Positions 1 to 9,079 of a stretch of 64,000 nt of DNA are shown here, piece after piece (the stretch's first letter is position 1; each line of letters begins with the position of its first letter). This DNA comes from a virus. The stretch lies in IMG/VR virus record IMGVR_UViG_3300043185_000079; one strand, written 5' to 3'. Both the position numbers and the translations under genes were made by a program. The notes beneath the pieces are model-generated. The model had not been told where the DNA came from, made no database searches, and saw only the letters and a program-made list of their open reading frames with translations.

Positions 1-2
1 AC

Positions 3-1820
3 TTCATTCTGGGCCAGGAGGCGAAGGCTCGCTCTGGCGATCGTGAGGACGACGAGGACACGTCCAACGACCGCTCAATCCTGTTGTGCTGCTTTCGAGA
101 CCTTGGACTCGGCTACAACACGGAGACAGCGAGGGCCACGCTCCAGTGGTACCGCGAGTCCGCTCCCAGTGTGGTGTCCATGTTGGCCGACGGGGGGTTG
201 TTGGCTCCGATGCTCGTCGAGGCCAAGAATCTGGCGGCGGAAGACAAGATGGGAGCGTTGCGTGTCGCCGCGAAGATCGTCGTGGCTCTCTGGCGTGCGT
301 CACAAGCGAAGGACCGCCCAAATCCGGAGTGCCCGTCGTGTGGTGCGGACGCGAGCCAAATCGAAATCGGTGCTGCCATGGACGCCGAGGGCAAGAAGAT
401 CCGCGGGCGAGGCGAGTTGCGATGTCGGGCGTGTGGTTATCGGCACGAGTTCGATCTCCCCGACGTGTCACTTAATCTCAATCAGCAAGATCAGAAGGAC
501 GCTGTGCAACCCGAGATCACCGACGACCTCAACCCCGAGGATGTGGGTGCGGGTCAGGACGGGTTCGGAGACGACGTCCGCGAGGCTGTCCGGGACAGCC
601 AGAATTCCCCGCAGGATGTCGAGACCCCGCCTCCGTTGCCTGTGGTGCCGGTCGTGCCGCCATCGCGTGCGATTGACGAAGGCGAGGATCCCGAGGTTCG
701 TTCGGGGGAGGAAATGAGCGAAGGAGCGGACGAAGAGTCTGCAATTGGCCCTTCCTTCGACCTCGGGTGGGAACCGACGAGTCAGCTCGCGGAGCAGATC
801 CTGTCGGGTTCTGGGGAACCTTTGAACAGCTCGAGCATCGCGGATGTGTTGGCGCAGGAAATCGACCGAGAGCATGAAGACCTGCAGCGTGGCGAACTGC
901 CGTGGTGCCCCCTCAATCCTTCGCTCGACGAGGCAGCCTTTGTGCAGCCTGCGACCACCGACGAGGAGGTCGCGAATCAGCTTCTCTCCGAGGTGCAGGA
1001 AGAAGTAGTGTACCTCCGTGCGCGCTTGCGAACGATTGTGCTGGCACAGGAGATGGTCGACACGTCACACGGCTTCAGGAAAGGCCGTCGCTTGTCCTCC
1101 AGGATGCTCGTGGACAGCCACGTCGAAATTTTGGCGAACTCGTCTCCGAGCCGTGCCTATGTGAATGCCGAAGCACGAACCGACACTAGCCTCGCTCTGG
1201 CCGTGTGCCTCGACGAGAGCGGATCAATGCGAGGTCAACAGCGGGTCGTCGCCCAGTGCATGCTCCTCTTGTGCGACGCTGTGGAGTCCGTGCAAGGGAA
1301 GACAATGGCCTTCGGATTCAGAGACGCATGTCAACGTGCGGACGTCCAGCCCGAAGATGGCCGGGAGTACCATCGAACGACCGGTGTCCGCTACGACGTG
1401 TTCAAAGTGTGGGAGGAGACACTGTCGGCTACGAAGCGGCGCTTCGCGTGTACCAAGGCGGATGGGAACACTCCGATGGCGGACGGCGTGCAATATGGCC
1501 TGATGTCGCTCAACGATCGTCGAGAAGCGCATCGAATTTTGGCGGTGGTGACTGACGGAGAGCCAGACCATTCCCACGAACGGGTGATCCAGCGTCAGTG
1601 TCGGCTTGCTCGAGAGGCTGGAGTCCACGTTCTCGGCATCGGCATCGGCCACGAAGCCCGCTACGTCAAGCACATGTTTCCCGATCACGTCCATGTGGAT
1701 CGCCTCAACGATCTGCCCGAGCAGCTGGTGGCCAAGATGAACGATCTGTGCGACTTCACGGGGCGGTTCCGTGGCAGTCGGGTGCACTTGGATGGGGCCA
1801 TCACGAGACACCTATCGTGA
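3..1820 (+). CDS. vWA (MIDAS) domain protein, CobT/NorD-like, with Zn-ribbon; 5'-truncated by window
   Basis: Frame open from position 3. MIDAS elements CLDESGSM, GNTPM and VTDGEP; CPSC...CRACG ribbon; acidic linker. Confidence 0.8.
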   Translation, partial: FILGQEAKARSGDREDDEDTSNDRSILLCCFRDLGLGYNTETARATLQWYRESAPSVVSMLADGGLLAPMLVEAKNLAAEDKMGALRVAAKIVVALWRASQAKDRPNPECPSCGADASQIEIGAAMDAEGKKIRGRGELRCRACGYRHEFDLPDVSLNLNQQDQKDAVQPEITDDLNPEDVGAGQDGFGDDVREAVRDSQNSPQDVETPPPLPVVPVVPPSRAIDEGEDPEVRSGEEMSEGADEESAIGPSFDLGWEPTSQLAEQILSGSGEPLNSSSIADVLAQEIDREHEDLQRGELPWCPLNPSLDEAAFVQPATTDEEVANQLLSEVQEEVVYLRARLRTIVLAQEMVDTSHGFRKGRRLSSRMLVDSHVEILANSSPSRAYVNAEARTDTSLALAVCLDESGSMRGQQRVVAQCMLLLCDAVESVQGKTMAFGFRDACQRADVQPEDGREYHRTTGVRYDVFKVWEETLSATKRRFACTKADGNTPMADGVQYGLMSLNDRREAHRILAVVTDGEPDHSHERVIQRQCRLAREAGVHVLGIGIGHEARYVKHMFPDHVHVDRLNDLPEQLVAKMNDLCDFTGRFRGSRVHLDGAITRHLS

Positions 1821-2119
1821 GCGACAAGAAACCACCTCCAGACTCCCCGGGCAACATCCGGGGACGCATGCTAGTGCTCGGCGATCATGCTCGGCGGGCG
1901 GCGGCCGCCGAGGCCCGTGAGGGAGGCGACTCCGAGAGGGCGTTGGCGAAACACATGAAAGAGATCGAGCCGGCACTAGAGGATCTCAGGCGTCGACTGA
2001 CGAAGTGCAAGAGCCCCCCGAAAAACACTGACCCGAAGATCGAGCGGGGGTCATCCACCAAGCTGGACAAGCCGGGTGCCAGCGAACAGAGCTTGATCGA
2101 TATGCTCGATGATCTCTAG
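1817..2119 (+). CDS. hypothetical protein
   Basis: GTG at 1817 overlaps the upstream TGA; 100 aa. Confidence 0.6.
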   Translation: MSDKKPPPDSPGNIRGRMLVLGDHARRAAAAEAREGGDSERALAKHMKEIEPALEDLRRRLTKCKSPPKNTDPKIERGSSTKLDKPGASEQSLIDMLDDL

Positions 2120-2383
2120 CCGCGTCGACGTGCAGGCCGGTGCCGCCACCGATCTCACGGTGGCCTCGCGCTCTCCGGCTCCGGCCGTCGCCTTTCTCTA
2201 CCTGGCCTGGAAGATGGGCGCAGATCGTCGGGCGAAGCGTTCTCGGACGCGAGGGGCGGTTGTTCGACGCACAGCTAGTGGTCGATGTACGCCTTGGCTC
2301 AGCGGCACCAGTAGATCTCTGGATCCGTGCCTACGACTCTTATTCCTCGTGAATGGCGCCGGATTGCTAGAGAGGGCCCTCGG

Positions 2384-2398
2384 CGGTAATTGGCTTAT
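2384..2398 (+). promoter_or_regulatory. candidate late promoter motif CGGTAATTGGCTTAT
   Basis: Matches CGNTnnTnnnnYTAT; 19 nt before ATG 2418. Confidence 0.65.
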
Positions 2399-2417
2399 CG
2401 GGGGCCAGATCGTGAGA

Positions 2418-3788
2418 ATGGCCGAGGCCGACCACACAGAGCACTACTTCACCGTCCGCGGCCGGGGCTTCGACCAGAAGAGCTGGAGGACGATCCTGTC
2501 GGTCGTCCGTCAGATCGTGGATGATGCTCGCGAGAACGGTGTTGACGCGACGCTCGAGGGCGACGCTCGACGAGTCATCGTGTCCCCTTCGGGCGAAGGA
2601 ATGCCGCTCGTGATCTGGCGGACGGGCCAGCCCAACATCCCGGAATGCGTCACGGCCACGCCCCCGTTCGACGCCCTCGTCGAGAGCGTGCTCTCCGGGG
2701 TCAAGAAGATCGCCCCGGACATCTTCGAGATGACATCACCGGATGGACGGGACTACCGTCGGATTTTCGCCGACCAGGCAGCCTCGAGAAAGCAAACAGC
2801 CATGACGACCGAAGAGATCATCAGGAAGGCTGCCATCAGAGTGGCTGCCGGCACCCAGGACAAGGTGCTCAAGAGGGAGCTGCTCACCATCTTGAAGGAC
2901 TCCGTCGAGCACTGCGGGGACGAGGGGTGCGCGAGCGAAGAGAAGGAATCTCGTCACGAAGAGGGTAAGTCGGTCGACATCGGGGACTGGCTCCGCGACC
3001 ACGGGTACGAGGAAGCCGCAGACAAGTGGGAGAAGCATGAGGGCAAGATCGAGGAAATCGGCAAGTCGGCCTCCGCGGTCGTCTTTCCCGAAATCCGAGA
3101 TCTCGCGTGGCGCTACGTGCTGGAGTTCTCCGCCGCGAAGCCGACGTCGAAGCTCGCCGCCGCTTCGACCGCGACAAAAGCCGCCGCCGCGGAGCGTATG
3201 GCCAAGAAGTGGATCTCCGACGCCATCAAGCGTCCGGGTCGGGTGCACGAGTATCTCGGGATCCCCGAGGATCAGACGATCCCGATGGCGAAGCTCGACG
3301 CGGCCATCGAGAAGGTTAAGGCCACCGGCAACAAGTCGCTCCTGGCTGCTCTACAACTGGCCAAGCGCCTGAAGGGGATGAAGAAAGCGGCGGCCCCGGA
3401 CAAGGCTGCGGCGAAGTGGAAGACGATGCCCAAGGGGTGGACTGACGAGTCTCGCAAGAAGTTCTGGGAGTCGCTCACTGGTCGGTCCCCGAAGCACAAA
3501 GTCACCGCGTGCATCAAGAGGATGGAGGGCAACGTGTCGGACGCCGGAGCGTTCTGTGCTGCCCTCGCTGATCGTGTCCTCGGCACGACCGACTGGCGGG
3601 GCGAGGACCGCACGGCCCGGGCCAATCCGTTCGACAACGACCGGGTTCGGGCGAGGATCGCATCGACCAATCCGTGGATATCGTACGCGGAAATGGTCGA
3701 TCTCTGTCCCTCGTGTGCAGAACGGATGCACAACCATGGGATCACGCGGATCCACGCCAGTGTCATCCGCCGACTACTCGGCGCTTGA
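2418..3788 (+). CDS. multi-module putative virion-internal protein
   Basis: ATG 2418 follows the motif. Small modules separated by K/R-x-A (KSA, RMA, KAA, RTA, RIA); basic KKWISDAIKRPG module. Confidence 0.65.
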   Translation: MAEADHTEHYFTVRGRGFDQKSWRTILSVVRQIVDDARENGVDATLEGDARRVIVSPSGEGMPLVIWRTGQPNIPECVTATPPFDALVESVLSGVKKIAPDIFEMTSPDGRDYRRIFADQAASRKQTAMTTEEIIRKAAIRVAAGTQDKVLKRELLTILKDSVEHCGDEGCASEEKESRHEEGKSVDIGDWLRDHGYEEAADKWEKHEGKIEEIGKSASAVVFPEIRDLAWRYVLEFSAAKPTSKLAAASTATKAAAAERMAKKWISDAIKRPGRVHEYLGIPEDQTIPMAKLDAAIEKVKATGNKSLLAALQLAKRLKGMKKAAAPDKAAAKWKTMPKGWTDESRKKFWESLTGRSPKHKVTACIKRMEGNVSDAGAFCAALADRVLGTTDWRGEDRTARANPFDNDRVRARIASTNPWISYAEMVDLCPSCAERMHNHGITRIHASVIRRLLGA

Positions 3789-3804
3789 CGGGTAGCGTCC
3801 AGAC

Positions 3805-4218
3805 ATGGACGCTCCGTGGCCCAAAGGAACGCACGTGGACTACTCGGCCTTCGTGATCGAGGTCCACGTTCGCCGCAGCCATGACGGAACGATGGCTTGC
3901 CACCGGGGGCTGCAGGACGCTACGGACGTGGCAGTCACCACTTCCCTCCGATCAGGGGGGATGGAGGAGGGCGCATGGGCTCTTCTCACCGAGGCGGTCC
4001 GAACCGAGGTAATGCTCCAGCTCCTCGTGAAAATGACTAAGGACGCGGAATTTCACGAGAAAACCCTAATCGACCCGGACGCAGAGGAACAATTGAAAGT
4101 AGCTCTCGCGGAGACTACTATGGAGCTGATGGACCGCGAGTTGCGTGGGATAATCCCCGGTGTAGTCCGCGACACCATCAAGGTTCTCCGCGATGGACTC
4201 AGAACCCAAGTCGGGTAG
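3805..4218 (+). CDS. hypothetical protein
   Basis: 137 aa ORF preceded by GGGTA; the start could be GTG 3835. Confidence 0.6.
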   Translation: MDAPWPKGTHVDYSAFVIEVHVRRSHDGTMACHRGLQDATDVAVTTSLRSGGMEEGAWALLTEAVRTEVMLQLLVKMTKDAEFHEKTLIDPDAEEQLKVALAETTMELMDRELRGIIPGVVRDTIKVLRDGLRTQVG

Positions 4219-4465
4219 AAGCGAGGAGGCGACCTTGTCCCTGCTCGGAGCAATTCGTGAGCGTCTGAAGCCCATTCTCCTGGGGCGGTGGCGCGCAGCT
4301 CGGAAACAAGTTTCCGACAGGGTCGCGCGTGACGGCTTGACGGCACGAGAACAGAGGCTCTTCTTCGGGGGGTTCCAGGAAGGTTACTGGCGCGGAGCCC
4401 GCGACGTGACCACGATCAGTCCGTCGGATCTTTGTCCGCGAGACCGCTCGGGCCAAGTTCACTAG
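4193..4465 (+). CDS. hypothetical protein
   Basis: 90 aa ORF overlapping the previous gene end. Confidence 0.5.
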   Translation: MDSEPKSGRSEEATLSLLGAIRERLKPILLGRWRAARKQVSDRVARDGLTAREQRLFFGGFQEGYWRGARDVTTISPSDLCPRDRSGQVH

Positions 4466-4727
4466 CGCCACTCTCAGCCTTGAGACGACGAGAGATGTGC
4501 AGCTTGGCCTGCACGCGCTCGACCGCAACAGTCCACTCCCCGTTCGGAAGACGGACGCGTTTCGCGGGTCGTCGGATTATCTTGAAGGTGCCAAGGGGGG
4601 TCCAGACCTTCTCGCCTTCCTGGCACATCATCACGATGTCGGGGAACACATCGAGAACTTGGCGCACCTTTGCTGGATCGACACCTGTGGCTTCGGAGAT
4701 CCGAGCAAGAAGTTCATCGTAGGGCAT
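4416..4727 (-). CDS. HU/IHF-family DNA-binding protein
   Basis: ELLARISEATGV...GEKVWTPLGTFKIIRRPAKRVRLPNGE matches the HU helix plus beta-arm pattern. Confidence 0.8.
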   Translation of the reverse strand: MPYDELLARISEATGVDPAKVRQVLDVFPDIVMMCQEGEKVWTPLGTFKIIRRPAKRVRLPNGEWTVAVERVQAKLHISRRLKAESGASELGPSGLADKDPTD

Positions 4728-4764
4728 TCTTCTGCGTTGGGGGGTGAAATAGGGGCGCTAACAG

Positions 4765-4779
4765 CGATAGTTCGCCTAT
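4765..4779 (+). promoter_or_regulatory. candidate late promoter motif CGATAGTTCGCCTAT
   Basis: Consensus match; intergenic, upstream of ATG 4806. Confidence 0.65.
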
Positions 4780-4805
4780 GGGGGCGGGCCCGATAGGGTC
4801 CGCCG

Positions 4806-5579
4806 ATGAGCAAGACTCAATCTACCGAAGACCAAATTGTTCGGCGCTTCGCCACTCGTCGTCTCGTTCGCGAGATGGTCGCGGACGGCGCGCGCATCGC
4901 CACGCGTCCGGCATCGCAGGGGCGTGACTACCGACTGTGGCAGGCCCTGTGTCGCATCGCTGATGAGGCGCCGGAGATTCTCGAGATGGTCCGCTCCGGG
5001 GAGGACCTGGAGCCCTGGCAAGAACATCGTCTGGAACTCGCGGCCGAGTACATCGACTCCGTCCACGACTCGCTCACCTGTCGACTCGACGCGAGTCCCG
5101 ATCCGGTCGAAATGGAAGTCGAAGAGGTACGGACCGCTGGCGCCCTGGACAACGCGGACGACACGTGGCCCAGTGAAAGCGACGACGTCCACACCCGAGC
5201 CGTTTTGGTCGCCCTCGACAGCCTCCTGGCTACGAACGAGATCGATGCCCAGGGGCGCGACCTGTTGCTGCGCCGGATGTTGGATCGATCGCGCCGTGAC
5301 CTGGGGGCCTCCAAAGTCCAGCAGGCACGGGTTCTCGCGGGGCGGATGCTGAACATCCTGGGGCGAATCGAATCTACCGGTCCTGTCAAGGCCAGGGCAG
5401 TCGCTGCAGTCGCTCTCAACGACATCGCATCATCCTCTCAACCGTGGGCACAGCAGCTCGAGAAGCCCATTACGTGGCTGGCGACCTACTTGTGGCGCCA
5501 GCTCGGACCGGAGGACCGGAGAGATGCCGCGCTTCTTCGCGCCAAGATCATGAGGGTGGCTCAGACCAGAGCCGAGTAG
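4806..5579 (+). CDS. putative virion-internal protein
   Basis: 257 aa; RFA/RIA/RTA/RVA motifs; LEPWQEHRLELAAEYIDSV helix. Confidence 0.6.
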   Translation: MSKTQSTEDQIVRRFATRRLVREMVADGARIATRPASQGRDYRLWQALCRIADEAPEILEMVRSGEDLEPWQEHRLELAAEYIDSVHDSLTCRLDASPDPVEMEVEEVRTAGALDNADDTWPSESDDVHTRAVLVALDSLLATNEIDAQGRDLLLRRMLDRSRRDLGASKVQQARVLAGRMLNILGRIESTGPVKARAVAAVALNDIASSSQPWAQQLEKPITWLATYLWRQLGPEDRRDAALLRAKIMRVAQTRAE

Positions 5580-5581
5580 TC

Positions 5582-6475
5582 ATGACGGAGAAGTTTGCCA
5601 GAGCCAGCGTGGAGCCTCGACGTCAGCGAACGCAGTACTCCTGCATGGCGTGCTCCATGATGATGTGCCTACGAGCGCACGGGATCGACTGCGACGAGGA
5701 CGAAGTGAACCGCACCATGGGAGCGCGTCCTATGCAGGGCGCGACTTGGGAGAGTGCCCTCGCCTGCGGCCAGCACTACGGGATGCGCTGCACCCTCGTG
5801 ACCCCCGCCACGCTCGGGCAGATCAAGAGTTGGACGGATCGCGGTGTGCCGGTGATGATCGCCTGGAATCCCGAAGGCCGCCCGTGGTCACATGCGTCGG
5901 TCATCTTCGACGTGGACGAGGACAACGTCCATGTCGCTGATCCAAATATCCCAGATCCAAGCGAGACGGTTCGGGTGGTTCCCAAAGCCGAGTTCTACAG
6001 CAAGTGGTACGAGAAGTGGCCCGACTACCTCGTGCGGCGGCCCGCGATGGCGGTCGAACGCGAGGTAACCTCCGATGGCCGGCAAGTCGTGGCGTCATCT
6101 CGACGCCAGATTTCCGCTGTGCAAATCGGCGAGGCGCTCGTGCGGGTCGGGACGACGCAAGAAGCAGTTAGGGGTGCGTACAATGATTACGTCCAGGCGG
6201 TGACGAACCTCGAGGCGGGGGCCGATCTCGTCGCCGTCGCCACCAACAGGCTCCGGGCACTCGGCTTTCCTCCCGACGAGACCACGTATCCGTTCGCCGA
6301 GAGCATCGAGGTGGTAGCGTCCGACATCTGGCGCTGGCGGAACAACATCGAGCGGATCTACGATCCAGACGATCGCCTCGCGGTGACACACAGGGTCGCA
6401 TCTCGTTTCCTTCAGGCAGAGCGGTACCCGGCGGAATGTCCAACATCGTCTTCCTCATTCGCTGGAAAGGAATGA
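5582..6475 (+). CDS. C39-like (papain-fold) cysteine peptidase with C-terminal module
   Basis: QRTQYSCMACS (Q...C), WSHASV (H), VHVADP (D); ends with HRVASRFL. Confidence 0.75.
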   Translation: MTEKFARASVEPRRQRTQYSCMACSMMMCLRAHGIDCDEDEVNRTMGARPMQGATWESALACGQHYGMRCTLVTPATLGQIKSWTDRGVPVMIAWNPEGRPWSHASVIFDVDEDNVHVADPNIPDPSETVRVVPKAEFYSKWYEKWPDYLVRRPAMAVEREVTSDGRQVVASSRRQISAVQIGEALVRVGTTQEAVRGAYNDYVQAVTNLEAGADLVAVATNRLRALGFPPDETTYPFAESIEVVASDIWRWRNNIERIYDPDDRLAVTHRVASRFLQAERYPAECPTSSSSFAGKE

Positions 6476-6534
6476 TGCCGCCCGAGTACTCGGCGGTCGT
6501 CATCCACCTGTACAGTCCAAGTTAGGAGCCCAAG

Positions 6535-7356
6535 ATGTCAGCACAGTACGCAAATCTCGGTGGTCGCCAGTTCGTGAACGAGGACTTCGTGAGCGACGTC
6601 CGCGAGCTGTACCCGCACTCGACGAGGAAGATTCCATTCGGGTGGAGTACGTACACAGGGTGGACTGGTAAAGACGAGGTGCTCTTCACCCGGCACGACG
6701 CGGTGGAGGGCCTTGAGGGGGACACCTACGAAGTCACGTTCGATCCGGTGAACCCGGCGGCGTTCGACGAGCGAATCCTCGGCGAAATCCAGCATGTCGT
6801 AAAGAGTGCGTCAGTCCCCATGGAACGGCAGGCCCGTGTTCCGAGTGGGCTCTACGGCTATGCAAAGTCCATTCAGGCAAGCTGCGAGTCCGCCTCGCGG
6901 CGGCTCAATCGCCGCGCCACCGACCTGGTGAAGAAGGCTGTCGCGCGTGACGCCTCGGTCCTCGGTTTCCTGGAGACGCATGCGCGTCGAGGGCCGAGTC
7001 TGGCCGCGCGGGTGCTCCTGGGGGCGTATGGGAGTTCGCTTCCCCGTCCCTCAGGGACTGTGACGGCTGGTGCCGTCAGGCTCGGTATGTACGGCTATCC
7101 GGCGAAGATCGCGAGGATCGCGTTGACGGCGTGCCAGGCCCTCCGAGAGGAGGCTGGCATGCTGGCGGCGGATCTGCATGTTCGCCGCGCCGGTGTGCAT
7201 GCGAAGATCGTCGGCTTCCTGGGCGAACACTCCAAGACCGGAGGCTGCACTGCGAGCGGCCTGATCCTGTCCTGCTACCCCGAGGCCGATTTCCGGTTCC
7301 GTCGGACCGCCACGGTCACGGACTGGATCGCGTGGGACGAGTCTCCTACGACATGA
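6535..7356 (+). CDS. putative virion-internal protein with internal duplication
   Basis: AGGAG RBS; two GLYGY/GMYGY repeats; KSA, RQA and RTA motifs. Confidence 0.6.
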   Translation: MSAQYANLGGRQFVNEDFVSDVRELYPHSTRKIPFGWSTYTGWTGKDEVLFTRHDAVEGLEGDTYEVTFDPVNPAAFDERILGEIQHVVKSASVPMERQARVPSGLYGYAKSIQASCESASRRLNRRATDLVKKAVARDASVLGFLETHARRGPSLAARVLLGAYGSSLPRPSGTVTAGAVRLGMYGYPAKIARIALTACQALREEAGMLAADLHVRRAGVHAKIVGFLGEHSKTGGCTASGLILSCYPEADFRFRRTATVTDWIAWDESPTT

Positions 7357-8749
7357 GATCATCGAGCGACCCGTCGTCTCGAGCCCGACGCATGAGGGAC
7401 TTCACGCGCTTGAGCGCGCCGGTGATTCTCTCCGTCTCCTCGATCGGAATGTGGTGTTCCTCGGCGATCTCGTCCACCGTCATCTCCTTGACGTAGCGAT
7501 CGACGAGCACCTGACGGTGCCACTCGACGTCCGCTTCATCACGGATCTCGCTGCACAGGACGCGCGAGATGCAGTCCAGGACGCTTTCCAGGTCCAGGTT
7601 CGCGCTGAGCGTACTCTCTGGGTTGAGACCATCGGTAAGGTACTCGATGGGGTCCGTGTTCGAGTCGTCCTCGCTATGCTCGGTGTGTGTGTACGACAGT
7701 CTTTGCTCTGATTCGTTGATCGTTCGAGGCACGACTTCGTGCGTCCAGTTCGTCGGGTCGTAGCTGGGGATTTCCCGCGGAGTGAGGGCTCCATGGAAAA
7801 CCCGGCATACGGGCTCGCGTCCATCGTTGCGGATCTCGCTGTAGGCTCCTCGACGCGCCCAGGCACAGATCTGGGAGGGCGCGGGACCTCGTCCATCGCG
7901 GACCCGTTCTTTCAGACCGTCTCGCTGGATGATTTTCTCGATCCAGCCCATCGCGTGGTCCTCGATTTTCCCGAGAGTCTCCGAGCGCGGCATCTTGGTC
8001 CGCAGGTGCATCGTCATGCGGCCGTAGATCCGGGAGAAGTGCTCGCCCAGGTAGCGCGCCGTCTCATTGGTGCCGCACGAGAGCACGATGCGTCCCTCGT
8101 ACGTCGGACACAGTGAGCGGGCCTTCTTCACCCCGTTGGCCGTCAGCTCCCACCCGCCCCGCTGAGATCCGCTGCACAGCGGGACGACATCCCCATGGAG
8201 TCCTCGAGTCTGGACATGCCAAGCGGCTTTGACGTCGCGTCGGGCGATGTCATCCGACTGGACCCCGAGAAGGCGAGGCGCGTCGGCGACGATGTGGTCG
8301 GGCCTCACGCTGACGTAAGGCTTGAAGCCCGACATCTTCCCGATGAGGTAGACCACAGGGTCCAGGTAGCGAGTGGCGCCGATTTCGACGGGACTCTCGT
8401 CGCGGAAGTAGCCATCCCACCGAGGGTACTTCTGCTGGACCTCGCGGGCAGCCGCGACCCCGGCCTCCGTCAAGCCCCACAGACCGGGAGCAGGAGCCGA
8501 ACACAGGCCCCACAGGTCCTTCAGCCACCGCCAGGCGAAGTGGACCTCGCGGTAAAGGCCAGGCGGGCTGTTGCCATGGAGCGGCCAGTCGGGGCGTCGA
8601 GGGTCGATCCCGCGCAACGCCAGGGCCTTGTCCCGTATCGCTCTCTGGTGGATCCCCACGTCTGAGCGGAAGTCGCTCGCCGTGCCGAGGAGATAGAGGA
8701 CGGGATCGTAGAAGTCGACGCCGCGTGGGCGTTCGGAGAGGTGCGCCAT
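7346..8749 (-). CDS. sigma70-like transcription factor with two N-terminal Mrr_N-like winged-helix repeats
   Basis: GAGGA RBS before ATG 8749. Repeats DPVLYLLG...GLWGLTEAG and DPVVYLIG...GGWELTANG; region-2-like WARRGAYSEIR; region-4-like RQVLVDRYVKEMTVDEIAEEH...ALKRVK. Confidence 0.6.
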   Translation of the reverse strand: MAHLSERPRGVDFYDPVLYLLGTASDFRSDVGIHQRAIRDKALALRGIDPRRPDWPLHGNSPPGLYREVHFAWRWLKDLWGLCSAPAPGLWGLTEAGVAAAREVQQKYPRWDGYFRDESPVEIGATRYLDPVVYLIGKMSGFKPYVSVRPDHIVADAPRLLGVQSDDIARRDVKAAWHVQTRGLHGDVVPLCSGSQRGGWELTANGVKKARSLCPTYEGRIVLSCGTNETARYLGEHFSRIYGRMTMHLRTKMPRSETLGKIEDHAMGWIEKIIQRDGLKERVRDGRGPAPSQICAWARRGAYSEIRNDGREPVCRVFHGALTPREIPSYDPTNWTHEVVPRTINESEQRLSYTHTEHSEDDSNTDPIEYLTDGLNPESTLSANLDLESVLDCISRVLCSEIRDEADVEWHRQVLVDRYVKEMTVDEIAEEHHIPIEETERITGALKRVKSLMRRARDDGSLDDLMS

Positions 8750-9040
8750 GTTGTCCTCGCCTGGGCTCAAGAGCCGCAGCTAAGTGGGGTGCCGGTGTGC
8801 TCGGGTCCTGGACATGTCCTGAGACGGGCAGGTCAGTGGACGGAAGCGCGACCCTTCTACGGCGCGAGGTGTGGCCCTGTCAAGATTTCCGCAGCGATGG
8901 GCGTCAGCAGAACATTGGTGAGAGAAGTCCGTGGCTTGCGGTCCGATAGCTAAACTATTGGTGCCGAGCGGCCGGAAAGATTTTTCCTGTGGATAACTCG
9001 GGAGAGATCTCCCTTTGGTCGGACCGGGGTGCGGCCCCGT

Positions 9041-9055
9041 CGCTTATGCCTCTAT
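9041..9055 (+). promoter_or_regulatory. candidate late promoter motif CGCTTATGCCTCTAT
   Basis: Consensus match 24 nt upstream of ATG 9080. Confidence 0.65.
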
Positions 9056-9079
9056 AGGCGAGACTCAGCGGTGACCCCC

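Noticed and set aside
2109-2417. N-terminal extension of the 559-aa ORF
   Set aside because: The promoter motif at 2384 favours ATG 2418; a separate small or frameshifted gene here could not be supported.
7346-8749. Mrr restriction endonuclease
   Set aside because: Only the N-terminal winged-helix-like repeats are seen; no nuclease motif.
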